NCBI GenBank assembly: GCA_051294905.1
Contig: CM119372.1
Location: 11,286,001-11,346,000, forward strand
Origin: Botryllus schlosseri
Taxonomy: Eukaryota
Direction of reading: 5' to 3'
Length of the DNA: 60,000 bases
The translations under genes and the position numbers were made by a program. Below the pieces are notes generated by a model that searched no databases, was not told the DNA's origin, and saw only the letters and a list, made by a program, of their open reading frames with translations. Below, piece after piece: positions 23,501-38,078 of the stretch (position 1 is the stretch's first letter; the number at the start of each line of letters is the position of its first letter).

Positions 23501-26500
23501 CGCTCCTTCGCGATTTGTGTGCTTGGAAACACTGCGCTATTATAGGCGGTAGGCGCTACGCCCTCCGAAATGCTTGCCCTTGAAATCCGGGAGAACGGGA
23601 AAGTAATTCGGATTAAGTGTAATGCGTTGTTTGGATACGTCATCTCCAACGCGTAGTGTATCGGCGACGGGCTGTTTCAATTAAGTTTCTCGTCGCCATC
23701 AATTGATAACTTTTCCAATAGGAGGGGCGTAGCTAATTACCTCATTATTTGGTAATATTTCCCAATCCCGTAACTAAAATATAACTAGAAAAAGGAGTTA
23801 TTTCTGTGATTCGATAATTGTTCCTTATAATCTGATGGAAAATCTTTACGACCGTTTTGCTCTCATGAAAATACTTTATTCGTTGGTGGATGGGTTTTTG
23901 TGTATCTAGGGTAGAATAATGAGCCGATTGCGCACACAATGATGTCATTGGCCTTTGGTATACTTGTAATTTTGTGGGTATGGTTAGTATTTTTGTATTG
24001 GTTTGACCCAAATATGGTGGTGACTGGTGTTGATATTATACCTCTCATTGGCTAGTAAATGATTCAGGGTAACGTACATTAATGTAATTTGTGATACATT
24101 TTGTCTTGATCATGTTCTACAAGTAGGAATTATTGGAAGAATTGTGAAATACCGTAACAGAAACGGTCACTCATTATTTCTTTCTGTGTTGTTGGAATTT
24201 CGCGACTTCCAATCTCACAGCAACACTGTTTGCAGTATTCCAATTTCGTTCAATATTAATGAATTCTTGTGTGGATATTATCGTTTTAACCTGGGCAAGT
24301 CTGCGCCTCTTCGAGGTTTTTATCAGATGGGTTTGTATTTATTTGACCGTAATGATAGACAATTCGTATTATATTTAGTTACTCATTAACACTATGTATA
24401 CAAAATTGAGTGGACACTATCATGATAACCATTAATGATTTTGAATTTTCTCTGGAAGACTCTTTTTTAGAGTCCTTAACGTGGAACGCAAAACCATTCT
24501 GGCGCTTGCCAAATTGCGTTAATGAAGAGTGCTATTGTTTCCCTTGACTTGACATAAAAAGAAATGTATACCATCGATACATTATGGCCCAGTGGTATTG
24601 TTCTGCACTGCTACCTCTTAATACGGCATTTCCTGACCCCATGGTGAGGGCGCAGTGAAAATGATACTAGCTGTCAAATGTTGACCTCTGCAATCTCAGA
24701 GTGTATTATTTTGAAATATTGTGTATGACAGTCTCAGTTGCTATGCTGTACCTTAATATTTACTGTTGTTTTAGAATTGGACACTTTCCATACTTACGCC
24801 CCTTCGGATACATCAGATTTTCGAACACTCACTATCGGAAGTGACAAGAAGACTTTGTTCGTTGGAGCTAGGCAGAAAGTTTTTGGAAAAGTATTAAGTA
24901 AGTCATGTTGTGCTCCTGTCGCTGCGCATTTTGCTCATGCATATTTTTTCGACAGGTGATATCCGCCAAGATGCGTTTCGTTCCATAGTTTGGCCGTCCA
25001 CAAAGAAGAATGATTGCGCCGGTTTGCCGCAAAGCGCGTCCGGCACGAAATGCCATAACTTGATTCAAGTTATTGTGCAGATGAACGACACCCATGTCCT
25101 GATTTGCGGAACTGATTCTATGTCGCCCAAAAACAAACTACTCGTCAGAGAGGTGGGTGTATTGGATATACCGTAGTTGCATATAATTATGTTGCAGGTC
25201 TTCTTACAAAACTTCGCAAAAGAATTGTCATACATTGGTATTGTTTCGGCTAAAATAAAAATGAAAAATAAAGATTGTATTTTAGCGTTTTTATGATCAC
25301 TTAGCGATTTTTTTTTACATAAAAACGGAGGATTTTGACCTAAAAAATCAAAATTTGACATTTTTTGACCTAAAAAACACTCAATTTTGACCTCGCGTAT
25401 GCAAATTAGGTGTTTTCGCACATGATGTTAAAATTGTACTACTTATCTTCATTTCTGGTTGGAACTTATGAAGTAGTTTGGCATTAAAAAACATTTTTGA
25501 CTTGAAAACTGACAAATTTTCACATGAAAATACGTATGTCTCTATGTGTGTATGTAAATGTCTCGAATTCTTTACCGCATTCGGAATATGTGCAAACTTG
25601 GGGTTTTTGTCACGAGATTTCTGCTTTTCGGACGGTTTCCATGACAAACCCACAATTTGGAAATTCCTCTGCCTGTAAAACATCTCTTGTGGCAGCACCG
25701 AATCATGAAAGTAGAAGTGGTCGTGACGAAATCGACGTTATTTTTACCTGAAAAGCACCTAGAGCTCAGACTGCTCGATATACCGTGGACATGTAGGAGA
25801 AAATTCCACTGCAGTGCTCAGAAAACCGACCAATGTCCGCCCCTGCCCTTATATTAAACAGACCCGAACCTGAACTCTAACCCGAACAAATTTTGCAGAA
25901 CACAGACAGTGACTTTGTGCTAGAACACCGGAACGTGCTCAATCTGCCTGTCTGCAGCTTCGATCCCTTGGACACCGTTACGTCTGTGATAGTTCCGACA
26001 AGTGACGGCTCCCGGAATGTGGTGTCCACGCAACGTAGCCTCAGCGATTCCATTTCTTCGCTCATGAAGCAAAGTCTGGACAGTCCGACTCTGCTGACCT
26101 CTGGCCAAACGAACAGTGACAAGCCGCAATACGTCACTTCGTTTTCCGAATATGACCGCAACTCTTCTCACGCTATGAGGAAAGTGTACACCGTTTCTTA
26201 TGAGACCGCGAGTGAGATGAGCCCGGCAAGTACGATTCCTAAACCGACCATAACTCAGGTGTGTATAATGTATGCAGTCGTATTTGTAGTATTATCTGCA
26301 GAGGCAGACGGTAATGGAGTGCTTATACTTTTTAAAAATAGAAATTAAGTTTTGCCTATGACTTCTTGCACTACTTACTCGAGTGTTGATGATTTTATAC
26401 TTATTCCACTTTACCTGAACAGTATTTCAGGTGAAACTAGTCACTTTTTATATTTTGTAATTCGCAAAGTAGTACCGGTAGGGTTGTATTTGTATTAGTA

Positions 26501-29500
26501 CATGCTGATGTGGATATTATTTGCCGGTGCCCAATTGGTTATGTACTTTTTGTTCTTTGGAATTTGAAAAGTAGAAAGTGGCTGTGGGATAAGTTTGCAC
26601 TGTTTTTTTGTCTGGAATATGAACCCCGTGAAATAGCCGTCACTGTAACTGCTGAATAGCGTATATTTTTGAGATGATGCAGCATCATTAGTAATTTTGG
26701 GTCAGTCTCGAAGATGCGTCCTGCAATTTAGCAAAATAGTTACCATCGATTTAACTGCTCAAGTACGCCATGTCTGGACCAAATTTACTCTTTGGAACTA
26801 CTTGCTTGGGCACTTTTCAGTCTTTTCATTTTCTACTTGCCCTTGAAGTAGTTGAAATCGTTACTTTTACTTGTAATCAAGCAGAATTTACCGTGTTACT
26901 TACACTTGAGCAGCAACTCTGACCACTTTTTTGACCACCTCTGATTACACGGCCTGCTTTTATTTAGCTCTGCGCTAACGATGTCGGCGGTAAAAACATT
27001 CTAAATGGAAAATGGACATCCCTCCTGAAGCTGCGTCTGCAATGCGCCACCGTCGACGAAAAATATCCTCTAAAATTCGATTTGGTGTCCGATATGGTTC
27101 GGGGGAGCGGGGATATTTTGTACGGAACTTTCATGACGAGTGTATGTGTGCCGCGTTTCTATGCGTTTCGGCCGTCTTGCACAGTTCTTTGTTTTTCAGC
27201 ATGAGACCGCAAGGTCAAATGCGGTTTGCTCGTTTCGACTGGGGGAGATCCAAGCCGCTTTTTCGAGCGGTCACTTTTACAATACTAAAAGCAAACCGTA
27301 TGTTAAAGTCCCACCGAGCGAAGTTAGCGCAGTGAGTATTGATTGTTTGACGCAATAGCTATTTGGATTGTCTGTTCATTCTTTCATTTATGTGCCTTGG
27401 AGTCGACTTGTTAAAATTCGCCAACCTAGTTTGTGCCAATAGAAGGAGTTTTTCTGTAATCGAAAAATACTACATTGAGCTTGAGCCATCTGACCGCGTC
27501 AGTAATTTGAGTTCTTATGCGGGCATCGTCATATCTGGGAGATATGATTGTTTGTATAGAAAGTTCTCAATTCTCTGCTAGTTGCTGACGATTACCTCCG
27601 ACGAGTGTCAGCCGAAAATATTTGGGTTTATTTCAATATGAATATATTATGCAATCGAATATCTGCCTTGCCAACGCAAAATCTTGACACTGAAATTTGC
27701 GTTTTAGCTAAGTCCTTACCGTCCGGGTATGTGTGCCTACAGCGGAATGGACCCGGACGACCCCACAAAGTCGACCAGCAAGGATTTTCCCGAAAACCTG
27801 TTGAGATTTATGAACGATAGATTCCTGGTGAATGACACGGTGAAGCCCGCGTTTCCTTCGACCAACGCCAGCAGCAAGCCCTCGACGAATGGACCCTTGT
27901 TTGTGAAAGCTGGAGAGAAATTCACAAAGGTTTGTTTCGCGCTGGTATTGTCGCAGATGTGCCATGTGTTGGGCCCGAATAATGTATACGGAGTTGAACG
28001 TTGGCTCTCTTGGCGGAGGTACAAAATTTCAATATCGCGACAAGTAATATGTTCATTTTGGTAAATCTGTTTTACTTTAATCCAGTGTTTCTTAACCCCT
28101 TGAGCTGTGATGAAATGTTTCTCGTACCCCCTATCCAGGATCAGAACAGCACTTTGTCAGGCCGCCCCCAAAATCTGGTCTTGGGTCCCGTAGTGTTTTC
28201 AAAACAACTTATGGATGGACTCGTTCCCCACACCCTCTTATACAGGTCGTTATATCACTATTGGTATACACGCGGTTAACTGATGAATAGTCTGTTCATA
28301 ATATTTGATATATTGCTAACAATTTTTAGCCACTGTCCGGTAGGGCTGCTGCTAGTGGAATCGCCGTCAAGCCCGTTGAGTGAAAATTCCACACAGCTCT
28401 CGAGTGTATTTTTCTGAAAGTCGAATGACTCCCAGTCCTGTTTGCGTTCGCGATATATAGCGCTAAGTCAGTTTCATAAGTGTTCCCGTGTGAAATTACT
28501 GGGCGCTCAAAGTTGCCAATCTGAGTGATGCATACGATGTTGTGATTTTTCATTAATCAGTTGTCTACTTCCTTGCGCCAATCGACCGACCGGCCATCCC
28601 TTGACGATAGGTGATGTCAACAATCGATGTTGCTTTTTCGTGTGATCAAACTTGTCGTGCAAATTACGAACATAGCAGCGCAGTCGTGGCGGTCTCATTC
28701 TAAGCATATCTCTGCCATATATGACTCTTCTTTTCAGATCGCAGTTCAAAAAGTTTCAAATTTGACCGGCGCTGTTCACGACGTGCTGTTTGTAGGCAGA
28801 AGCAACGGCCAGATTCATAAGCTGTTTTCCATCGACAAGGTAAAAGTTGGGAAATGCTCATACTCTTGGTCACGAAAAGTCTGTGTCTAAGCCATTTTAA
28901 GGCGATGTGCTCATTTGATGTTATTGACTTCGGCGCTTCTGTCGTACCGTAAATTAATTTTATGGCCATAAACAATTATACGTCACGTCAGTGCCATTTT
29001 TGGTGCTAATAAATATCTCACGTGATCGATATGTAGAAGGTCAAATGCACAGTAAAAACCCATTGATATGATTCTGCAGGTTGCAGCATACATTCAATTG
29101 GTAGGGCTCTGTACTCCGGCATCGGTAGTTGAATTGATTAGATCTTGAAATATATTTGCGTGGCTTCTATAGCTAGGATTCTTTGTATCCGAGAAATATA
29201 TATCACCAGTATTCTGTGTTATGGTCGCTTTTCATTTGTTCAAAATTGATTCAAAGATATCCGTCAGACGTGTGGCACTGCAAGTCTTGAATATTTTGCA
29301 TTATATACTGCATAGTGTTGAAATTTGGCATTGTTCCGCCATGCGGTTCTGCTTCCGTCAGGACTTCGTTTGTCTTCCTGTGATTGTGCCAATACCTTTT
29401 GATGATAGGTCCGCTAATATGTTTTTGATCATGGAAACGGAAGTACCTGACGTATGAATCTCATTGTGTCTTTTATACTCTCGCTAACCCATTTGCTATT

Positions 29501-32500
29501 CATTATTCCAATATCAAGTACTTCCACTTCCGCCTTTTGAAACTTTTCCACTTATTTCAGGGCGACAGCATCGAAACCATCGAATTAGCGACATTAAAGC
29601 CGTCCAGCGATCCAATTTTGAGCATGGCGCTCTCGCAAGAGAAGGAACAACTCTACATCGGCACCGAAACGGCTCTTTACCAGCTGTCGACTTCAAACTG
29701 CAAGGCTTACACGAAATCGTGCGAGTTTTGCGACCCGTGTCACATGTGCGTGCTGTCGAGGGACCCGGGCTGTGGCTGGGACACTTCTGCAGAGGTATAT
29801 CTTGTATGTTATTCTGTCTAATGCAGTGGTTCTCAAACTAGGGGAGGGAGGCTGCGGCCAACTGAAAAAATTCTCTGTGTATGGTCGGAACTTCATATTT
29901 GCGAATTCTCTCATGAAAAGTCGTTACCTTCCATGCCACCAAACTATGCGTTGGGATTGCTAGCATTCTGGTTGCAAGGCACGCTGAATTTTTCACTATT
30001 AAAAAAGTTTGACAACCTCTGGTCTAATGCTACGATAAATTTCTAGTACTGCTTGTTGCATTTCCTGATATTATATATTGATTTTATAAATACCTATTCA
30101 ATTTTTTTGCATCATTTATGTTCATCTTTTTCCCGCTTTCTTAGCATATATGATTGCTGTGTATGCATAATGTGCAAACATGTATGTGTAGATCTGCGTA
30201 TTTAATATGTAGCGGGCTACAGATTCCGCCAAATATTGCAGCAGGGGCCAACTGACTCTTATGTATCTATATCCCTATTCTTGTTTTATTGGTGTGACAG
30301 ATGAAAAACAAAACTTGTGACAGATGAAAAACAAAACTATCTACCTGTCAATCGTTCGATCATAGACGACGGATATGATTGCCCGAGTTATTTTTTTCAG
30401 GCATGTGTTTCCGTTAAAAGTGGCGACAAAAGCAATATCAAGCAAGACATCTACTACGGTGAGACCTCTTCCCAATGCAAAAGTCTCGGTAAAGCCACAC
30501 CATCTCCTCAGCAAGGTGAGAATCGCAGCATTGATTCCATCGATTCCGTTACACTTCATACCTTGATTGCAGCCTCGAAAGGTGCCACCGCTCCTTTGGG
30601 GCATCGCGTCACGAATCCGACCGTGACGGTGCAATGGTACAAATACGACAAGGGCGCCTCTGGGACAAAGAGACGCGTGTTAGGTAATGCATCCAGTACT
30701 TGCTATCAGACTTGGGCAACTGAAAAATTTTCACATTTTCCAAATTAGATTAGAATTAGAATTACTGAATCTGTGAAAGCTTATACATTGAATTAAGTTC
30801 CGTTAATATCAAATCACGAGCGTGGGAACAGCAAATGTCTGTACAGCAAGCTTGACTCAATTCGTACTATACAGTTCTCATATAGCATTTGCAGGAAAAC
30901 CGGAAATAAGAGCATGGAAACGTTCAAAAATTAGATTAAAATTAGATTACTGGCATTTCTCTTTAATTAGTCTACTATTATCTACTACTAATTAGACAAC
31001 TAGAATTATCTGTATGTCCAAGTCCGCTTGCTACCGACTTTTTCTTCTGATGCGAAACTTGTTTTTCGGTCGTCAGACGTCGCCGACAAGTACAGAATCG
31101 ACATGGAAGGGCGGCTGCAAATCATGAACTTTGACCCCGATACAGACTCGGCCGTTTACGAGTGCGAATACTCGGCCGGTAGCACTACGCTGAACGTGTC
31201 TTTGTACAAATTGTCAGCGACTGGGGACAAGACGCCTACGGTGACGGGTAAGTGTCGTTTGCGTATGTCTCGTGTTTTTTTAGTTCATTGCATCGTACTG
31301 CTTGGCCGCATGATCCTACGACAGTCCTGAGTTTGAGCTTGGCATATTCATTTGTTACAGTAGTGCCATTTGCTTGGTAATTAATTTTTTTATTTGCATT
31401 CATCATTTATCGCAGAGTGGAAAGATTGCGATATAAGTTTGAAATGATGGTGTGTACGGATAACAAGGGGATTTTCGTCCAAAATAATCAACTGCGATCA
31501 TTTTGGCGGTAGTAGAAGTAGCTGTTCCAGTCAGTTGCTCGGGTATTGCTTATATTATGATTTGCATTTATCATGGAATGGAAAGATTGCTGCATAAGTT
31601 TGAAATGACGATGCACACAGATTATGACGGTTATCATCCAAAATCATCGAGTGCGATCATTTTGCCGCCGGTAGTAGTAGAGGTAGGGACAGTCCATTTC
31701 CCCCCACCCTACTCTATTTACGATTGACTCGTATGCCAACTGCGCTCCTCAATTCGATATGGGTCTTGCGGTCAAGCCTTGTTTGACGTTTGGTTGACAT
31801 TCTCCGCCGGTTACAGTGCCGCCGCCAGTCAAACCCACAATATTGAGCGGCCGCAACACCACCGGGGACTCCGGACCCGGGGTCCCTCGCCCGATCGAAA
31901 CTACTCAGTCTCCGCCTGGCTCTCTTTCCAATTCCGTGGGCCTCATCGCCGGTGCGTTTCTGCCGAGTAGGCTGTGTCTTGGCTCGTCGCGTTATTGCCT
32001 CCTCGTTTACAGGTCTGGCCGTCGCACTCGCTGTTGTTTTGATATTCGTGGTGGCGGTCGGGATATGTTTTAAGAGAAGAAATAAAAAATACTCTCCGTC
32101 TCGGGAAAAGTAGGAATTACTTGCTGGTCTCGTTCTTGGCTTGCAAATTCCAACGTCTGTTTGTTTCTGATTTAGAAAAAGCGACCTCAAACCAGAAGCT
32201 ATGCCGTTGCCGAGCACCGAGAACAGGAGCGGGAATAACAATTCCGGTCTTGGCAGAACGCAGAGCGAGTTTGACGACCGTGCGCACCGGCCGTTGCTAC
32301 GTCACAATCCGTCGGACGTTAGCAGTTAGTATCGTTGAATGCGTTGTTAAGAGTCTGTCTCGATAGACTACAGTAGTACATACATCTAACCACTCATCAA
32401 ATACATAACTAATAAATTACTGGTACCAAAAAATAACCGTGCATCAACAGAGTTTTAATAGGACGCTACCATTAAAATATAATTTTCACACAAAACGAAA

Positions 32501-35500
32501 ACATTATAATCAATGTTCATTACAAATCAGCGCGACTTCTCCTGTTCCCTTTCAAATACCAGTTCAGAAATGCGTGTCTTCAACTTCAGAAGTGCTATCG
32601 TGTTCTTCGGTCGAAACGAAACAGCGTCATACCACTTGCTTCATTCTGACAATTTTGTCTACATCACAATTTTTCATCGTGTGTTTGCTGATATAAAAAC
32701 CAATGCCGATTGCCCACGCAGACTTGTTACAGTTAGGATATTGCGGTACACTGAGCATAACACCATGCCGATCTGTTTGTTTCATTTGGCCGTTTATGAT
32801 TCACGATGAGCAGACAATGGGCCGTCTACAACGTTAGGCCGATAAATCGGGCTGCAAGCTGTAAAATATCAATGATAAGTTCACCCACAGTTCAAGCATC
32901 TACGATACAAATGAAATGCAGGTTGCAAAAAAAAATCACCCTACTGATGACCTACACGGCCTTGTCATCACAAATCACATGTATGAGGGGAGTGTGTGTC
33001 TGACCTGCAGCGGAACCCCGGAAACTGGATCACGGAGTCCCTAGTGTTCCTTAGAACACAGGTTAAGTAACCACTGGATTAGAATCTATCTATTTAAAAT
33101 CACACGATCGATGCAAAGTGTTTTTGCCAACTTTGCACCCCACACACAGTCGCTCCATGGCAGATCTCTCAAACATGTGGCCCGCCGGATTATTTCACCT
33201 GCTGTGGTGCAATGCTAGGTAAATGAAAATAATATTTGCAGCATCAAGCACATGGGAACATTTTTAGATATTTAATATGATACACGTCCGAGTAGGTGAA
33301 CCCTCAAGACAGCAAATGTCGAGCATGCTTCTTCCTAGTCCACATATTAATGTTGTGTTTTCAATCTAGTCACCACTAGTCATCGGCACCAAATTCCAAG
33401 AAGTAATAAAAACTTCTTCGTATCTGCCACTCTCTTTATTGCAGACTCGATAACTTTTTTATGTCGCGTGACTCGTAATCTTCCGTGAATGACAACTTGC
33501 GTTTACAGTAAAATCTCTTGTATTCCTCACAACATGGGCCAACACCTTATCATTAACTCAAAGGGACCATGGAAATAAGCCAGCTTATGCCGCCGTGACC
33601 AGAGGGTTGAAGAATCTGCTTTAATTGGTTTCTAATTGCATTCAATACCCCTATCACCCATTGTTGACTAATAAAGATGTTGTAGTATGTGATATTGTAT
33701 GTTATGTATGGTATCATGATAATGAAGCTTCCGAGTTGGAAACTACAGCACGTATAATATCGTAGGTAATCGTAGGCATCATTTGGCCAATCCGGCCTGC
33801 AAGCAACAAAGAGCCTGAATAGCGGAAGTGACCCGATTTGAGTTTGCTCGGCCTGATCTGCAGAGTCAAGGAATAGGATTTCACCATGACGCATTGCTGA
33901 GCATGTAGTTTATACATCGGTTTTTGGGCAAAGTCCTTCCTATGTAAATAATGTGATGACCCAAGTTTTCCATTCATTGGTGTATACTAATTCGAAACTG
34001 CGCAATTCGTCTGATTCAGCTATACTAACGAAGTAGCTTCCATTTAGATGTCGATGTCGAATCGGCGAAAATCGCTAGGACGCCGAGTCAGAGAAATGCA
34101 AGGAGTATGGACAACATTTGTGAGTCATCATGTTTTCTAAAAAGCTACACAATCGATCCACGTTAACTGTGGTTTGCGTTTAGTGAACAATCGAGATGAC
34201 ATCCAGTATATGGACGCCGACAACGACTCGGACTCGTCAGAAGACAAGAGGCCCACGAGACAAAGTTCGATGCGCGAAACCAGTGGCAGGCAGAGAGTAC
34301 CACCGGCGCGTACCAAGTCCATGCCCGGTTCCGCTCTGTATGTTGTGTACGGTGGACAAAAGTTGAAGTAAGTCGAACATCATTGAATTTGTTCGAATCT
34401 ACGAAATATTTCTTATCGTGTCCAAGCATAGGGGGTGGAAGAAGTCCATGTTGCAACTCAAGTAGAAGTAAAAGTAATGAAGTAAAGGAGCGGTCTGTAA
34501 AGTACTCGGCTAAGTAGCATGAAAAAGATGATTTGGTCGAGGGAACGCATACTTTCAGCAGTTAATCGCGGGTGGTTTCATTTGAAGTTACAGGATCTAT
34601 CTTCACGAATAACACAAAACGACTGGCGACTAAGGCTTAGCACATTGATTTGAGTACTCCAGCAGTAATTGTAATGATTCAAGTCGAGTAGTGCAATATG
34701 ATTTTTTTCGAGTACTAAAATTTCATGACACAGTTACATTATACATTTTTCCCAACCCGGAAGCCCGAAACCTCAATTGTTCGTATCATAGGATCCAAAA
34801 CGTGTAGAGTTAAGCTAAGCACGTTAGTGGAAATGACGTTTTCTATGATGCCGTGTCAACCGACAGCAATATCGCGATGTGCTATGAAAGAATACGAAAT
34901 ACCTCCATGTGGTCTATAACTGGCATTTTCTTTGTGGTCGCATAAAAGGTACATCTTATAACTTTCCGCGTCTTCCATGCTCTTGTAACGTCATAATGAA
35001 AGTGATACTCAAATACTTGAGTAGGAGCCGAATTCTCTATTACATAATCTAATCACTCAGGTACTCTATTTTTCCCGGCTCCACTGACTACATTACGGTT
35101 AGGCCCGATCTATCAAAATATATTCAGTTGCAATGATACAGCGATGGAGGGCAGTTTCACACAGTTCTTGTGAGTGTGAAAAGTAACTAAGTTTGCCTGA
35201 AACTATCCAGGGGAAGTTGAGGAACAGAACTCCTCGAATATGTAGTGAAAGTGGGCAAAATCTACTTGAGTACTCTATAGACTGACCGATCAAGGGTAAT
35301 CCGAGGATTATCATCGAAAAACTCATATAACTCCGCTTCTACTTGTCAGAATTGAGTCAAATTTATTTTTCATCGTCTTTGAAGACAGCTCAACAATTTC
35401 ATGGGGTTGGCAGAAAAATTTGAAATTTTTTAAAAAAAATTTTCCCTAACAAATTAAAAATTTTAATTAGATCTACAGAGTCCTATGCTTGTTAGAATTG

Positions 35501-37614
35501 AACCAAAGTTGGTGTGCAGCGTTTTTTTGGGTAACCTGACAATTTAATCAGTGAATGGCTGGAATCTGGGAAAAAAAGTTATTTTTGAACAGCCCTACTG
35601 ACCATATGTCCTCTTAGGAGGATTTGTCCTCTTTCTTCAATAAATGTTATATGTCCTCTTTTTTCGCATGTCGTCCTCTGTCTTGCTTTGAGTTTCAGGC
35701 GATTAGACAATGAAGACTAAAAAAAAGTCAAACCGACTCAAACTACACATAAAAACCGGGTTTTTCAGGCAAAACAAAATAGGTCAAATCACCTAGAATC
35801 ACAATTTTCTGTATAAATTCCCCGTTTTTTGTCTGTAATTGCAACCTGAAATAAGTGTCCTCTTTCTTGGATCTGAAACTATGGTTACCTGAGTACTCCA
35901 AAAAAGTGAAAGTTTTTCATTAGTGACAATATCTGTGTCCAAGTCCGTATCCGATAATGACTAGATTGACAGATATTTTTTCATAAGTCGCATGCGAAAA
36001 TCGTAAACTACCAGGAATTCCGTATCCAAGTGTGGTAAACTCTGACGTCTTGCAGATGCAGCACGCTGCAGCGCAACAAACAAGGCGCGTGGACGATCCA
36101 GGTGGAACCGAACCAGTCGGGAATGTCGGAGATGGCCACGGACCAGGACGAAATCATCGATATCATCAACGACGACGGGACCAGGGTGGAAGAGCGGTTC
36201 CTTCCGTCGCCCGAAAACAAAGCATCCCGGAAAAGCAGGGAGGACGCCCGCAAGGCCTTTTTCGACGACAACCACGGCGGCTCGAACCCGAGTCGGTCCC
36301 CGTCAGTGAACTACGTGACGTCGCCGTACGCGGGGCTTGGCGCGACGCAAAAGCCGAAAGTCGCGCCCAAACCGCCGGACCTCTTGGAGAGGGCGGCCAG
36401 CGTGCGGAAACCGATCGCGGAACGCCCGAGCCGGACCAGTCTGCGGAGTTTCGATCGGAATTCGTCCGAGGACCGAGACAGCGACTCGACGATGAAGGGG
36501 TCGTTGGCGACACTGAGAGCCGACGAGAGCCGGACGTCTTTGAGCAAAAGCTCGCCGTCGTACGACGTCGCCGGAGAGGCCAAATCCGCGACGCCTTCGG
36601 GGTCGAAGGCCGGGAAGAATCGATTCGATCCATTGAATTCCAATCGTTTGTCGGGTGGTTCCGATGCAGGTTGGTTTCGTTGTTGCGTGTGTCTCTCTGT
36701 CTTTTAACGCCACTATGCAGAGGTGGTCAGTAACAAAGTAGTTGTACATTTTCGCAGTGCTCGAGTAGGTTTTGGCCAGCTGCACCTACTTGTTTGTGCA
36801 GTTATGATTTTAGACTAAAGCTACTTGGCAGTTTTTCAGGCAAAACTAGACCTAGAACACAACATTTTTACTTACCACTATATCACGACTTCAACTTGAG
36901 TAGAAATTTATGACTTCACTGCTACTTGAATACCAACAATTATTACTTTGACCACTTCTGCTACAATATAGGGAACAAATACCGATATCGCGATGTACGA
37001 ATATTGCGATTCTAATCATTGCGCGTGTTGATGTGCGTCGCTGTGGCCCGTCCTTGCGATAGTTGTTTCATGGCTTCAGTGGTGGGAGGGTAGTGTCGAA
37101 ACGGTAATTCCCGCCAGTTAAATAGTTCTTTGTTGAAATATGCGTATCACTTCGGTGCTCAAAAAATTGAATTTTACTACTTGGCTCAAATTTTTTCAAT
37201 CAGTACTTGACTCGTTGTGCCCAGCCCAGACTTGTACAAACTACGATTTTTTGAGTAGTTCTAGTTACTTATTTTAAAAAGTGAGTAGTTCTAGTTGCGC
37301 ATTTTAAAAATCCAGTAGTTTGTACAAGTATGGGCCAGCCAGCCCTGTTTTGAAGTGAACTTGACCCCTAAAAGTCGATCAGCTCACGCCTAATCCTCGT
37401 CTAATAATTATTCCTCACACAACAAGGAACACATCGTCCCCCTTTTTCAGACGAGCAGCTACACGGGCGCGACACGCGGTCAAAATCGCAGATAAGGAAT
37501 TTGCCGGACTCGCCGTCAAAACAATCGAGAACATCTCACAGCTCGTCGTCGTCAGGAGATTACAAGTCGGCGAGGTCGTCCGTGGTCGGCGAAGCCACTA
37601 ACGAGCAAAGATGA
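17595..37614 (+). CDS. Transmembrane semaphorin (signal peptide-Sema-PSI-Ig-TM-long cytoplasmic tail; class 4-like architecture)
   Basis: Phase-consistent exons: 17595-17685, 24775-24897, 24956-25152, 25899-26258, 26968-27141, 27200-27331, 27708-27929, 28738-28839, 29561-29794, 30401-30683, 31077-31247, 31817-31951, 32013-32109, 32176-32324, 34049-34118, 34163-34337, 36056-36669, 37451-37614. Motifs LFVGAR, CHN.I..ICGT, LCANDVGG..KWTSLLKLRLQC, RPGMC, CVLSRDPGCGWD; TM GLIAGLAVALAVVLIFVVAVGICF then KRRNKK. Confidence 0.88.
32510..32935 (+). repeat. Dispersed repeat (internal transposon segment) with a second copy at about 52800-53175
   Basis: Shared cagttaggatattgcggtac...gagcagacaatgggcc...gaaatgcaggttgcaaaaaa. 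Confidence 0.7.
36718..36960. mobile_element. CAGAGGTGG-family MITE in semaphorin intron
   Basis: cagaggtggtcagtaac ... tttgaccacttctg. Confidence 0.7.
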
Positions 37615-38072
37615 CGACAGCTGCCGGAAAGCAAAACCGGGCTTCGGCCCAGACGAGATTCACTTCGCGAACATTCCAGACCGGTGATCATACACCTGGG
37701 TCTCGGCGTCGGTGATATATCGCAGTAGATCAAGAGTGTTAGAGAACATAGCCGCCCTCCCGTCGGAAGAGCACGTGGGATCAGCAGATAGGACCGAGGT
37801 CAATGTCACAGACTCACGCCACTACAAACCTACCTATGAGAGGCATCCTTATTTATCCAGTTTTATCGTCTGAGTTCGTGAGGTAGTACATAATACTGCA
37901 CCTTGGTCGCTGCAGAACGCCGTTGCCTGCCGAGAAAATGTCGCTCAGTACGTGTTTTATCCTGTTATTCCTGTACGGCTATATCAATGTTGCATTCTCA
38001 CACGGACTGTCCACATTATGTCTTCATCTTTTGCTTTTGTTTGCTGTCCAATCATTATTTTGCTTTTCGAGT

Positions 38073-38078
38073 AATAAA
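38073..38078 (+). promoter_or_regulatory. Probable semaphorin polyadenylation signal
   Basis: AATAAA about 460 nt after the stop codon, followed by GT-rich sequence. Confidence 0.5.

Noticed and set aside
30293..30338. 23-bp tandem duplication tgtgacagatgaaaaacaaaact
   Set aside because: Ordinary intronic slippage duplication
36032..36785. Several long overlapping ORFs on both strands
   Set aside because: Shadows of one GC-rich semaphorin exon; only the 36102 frame fits the splice phases
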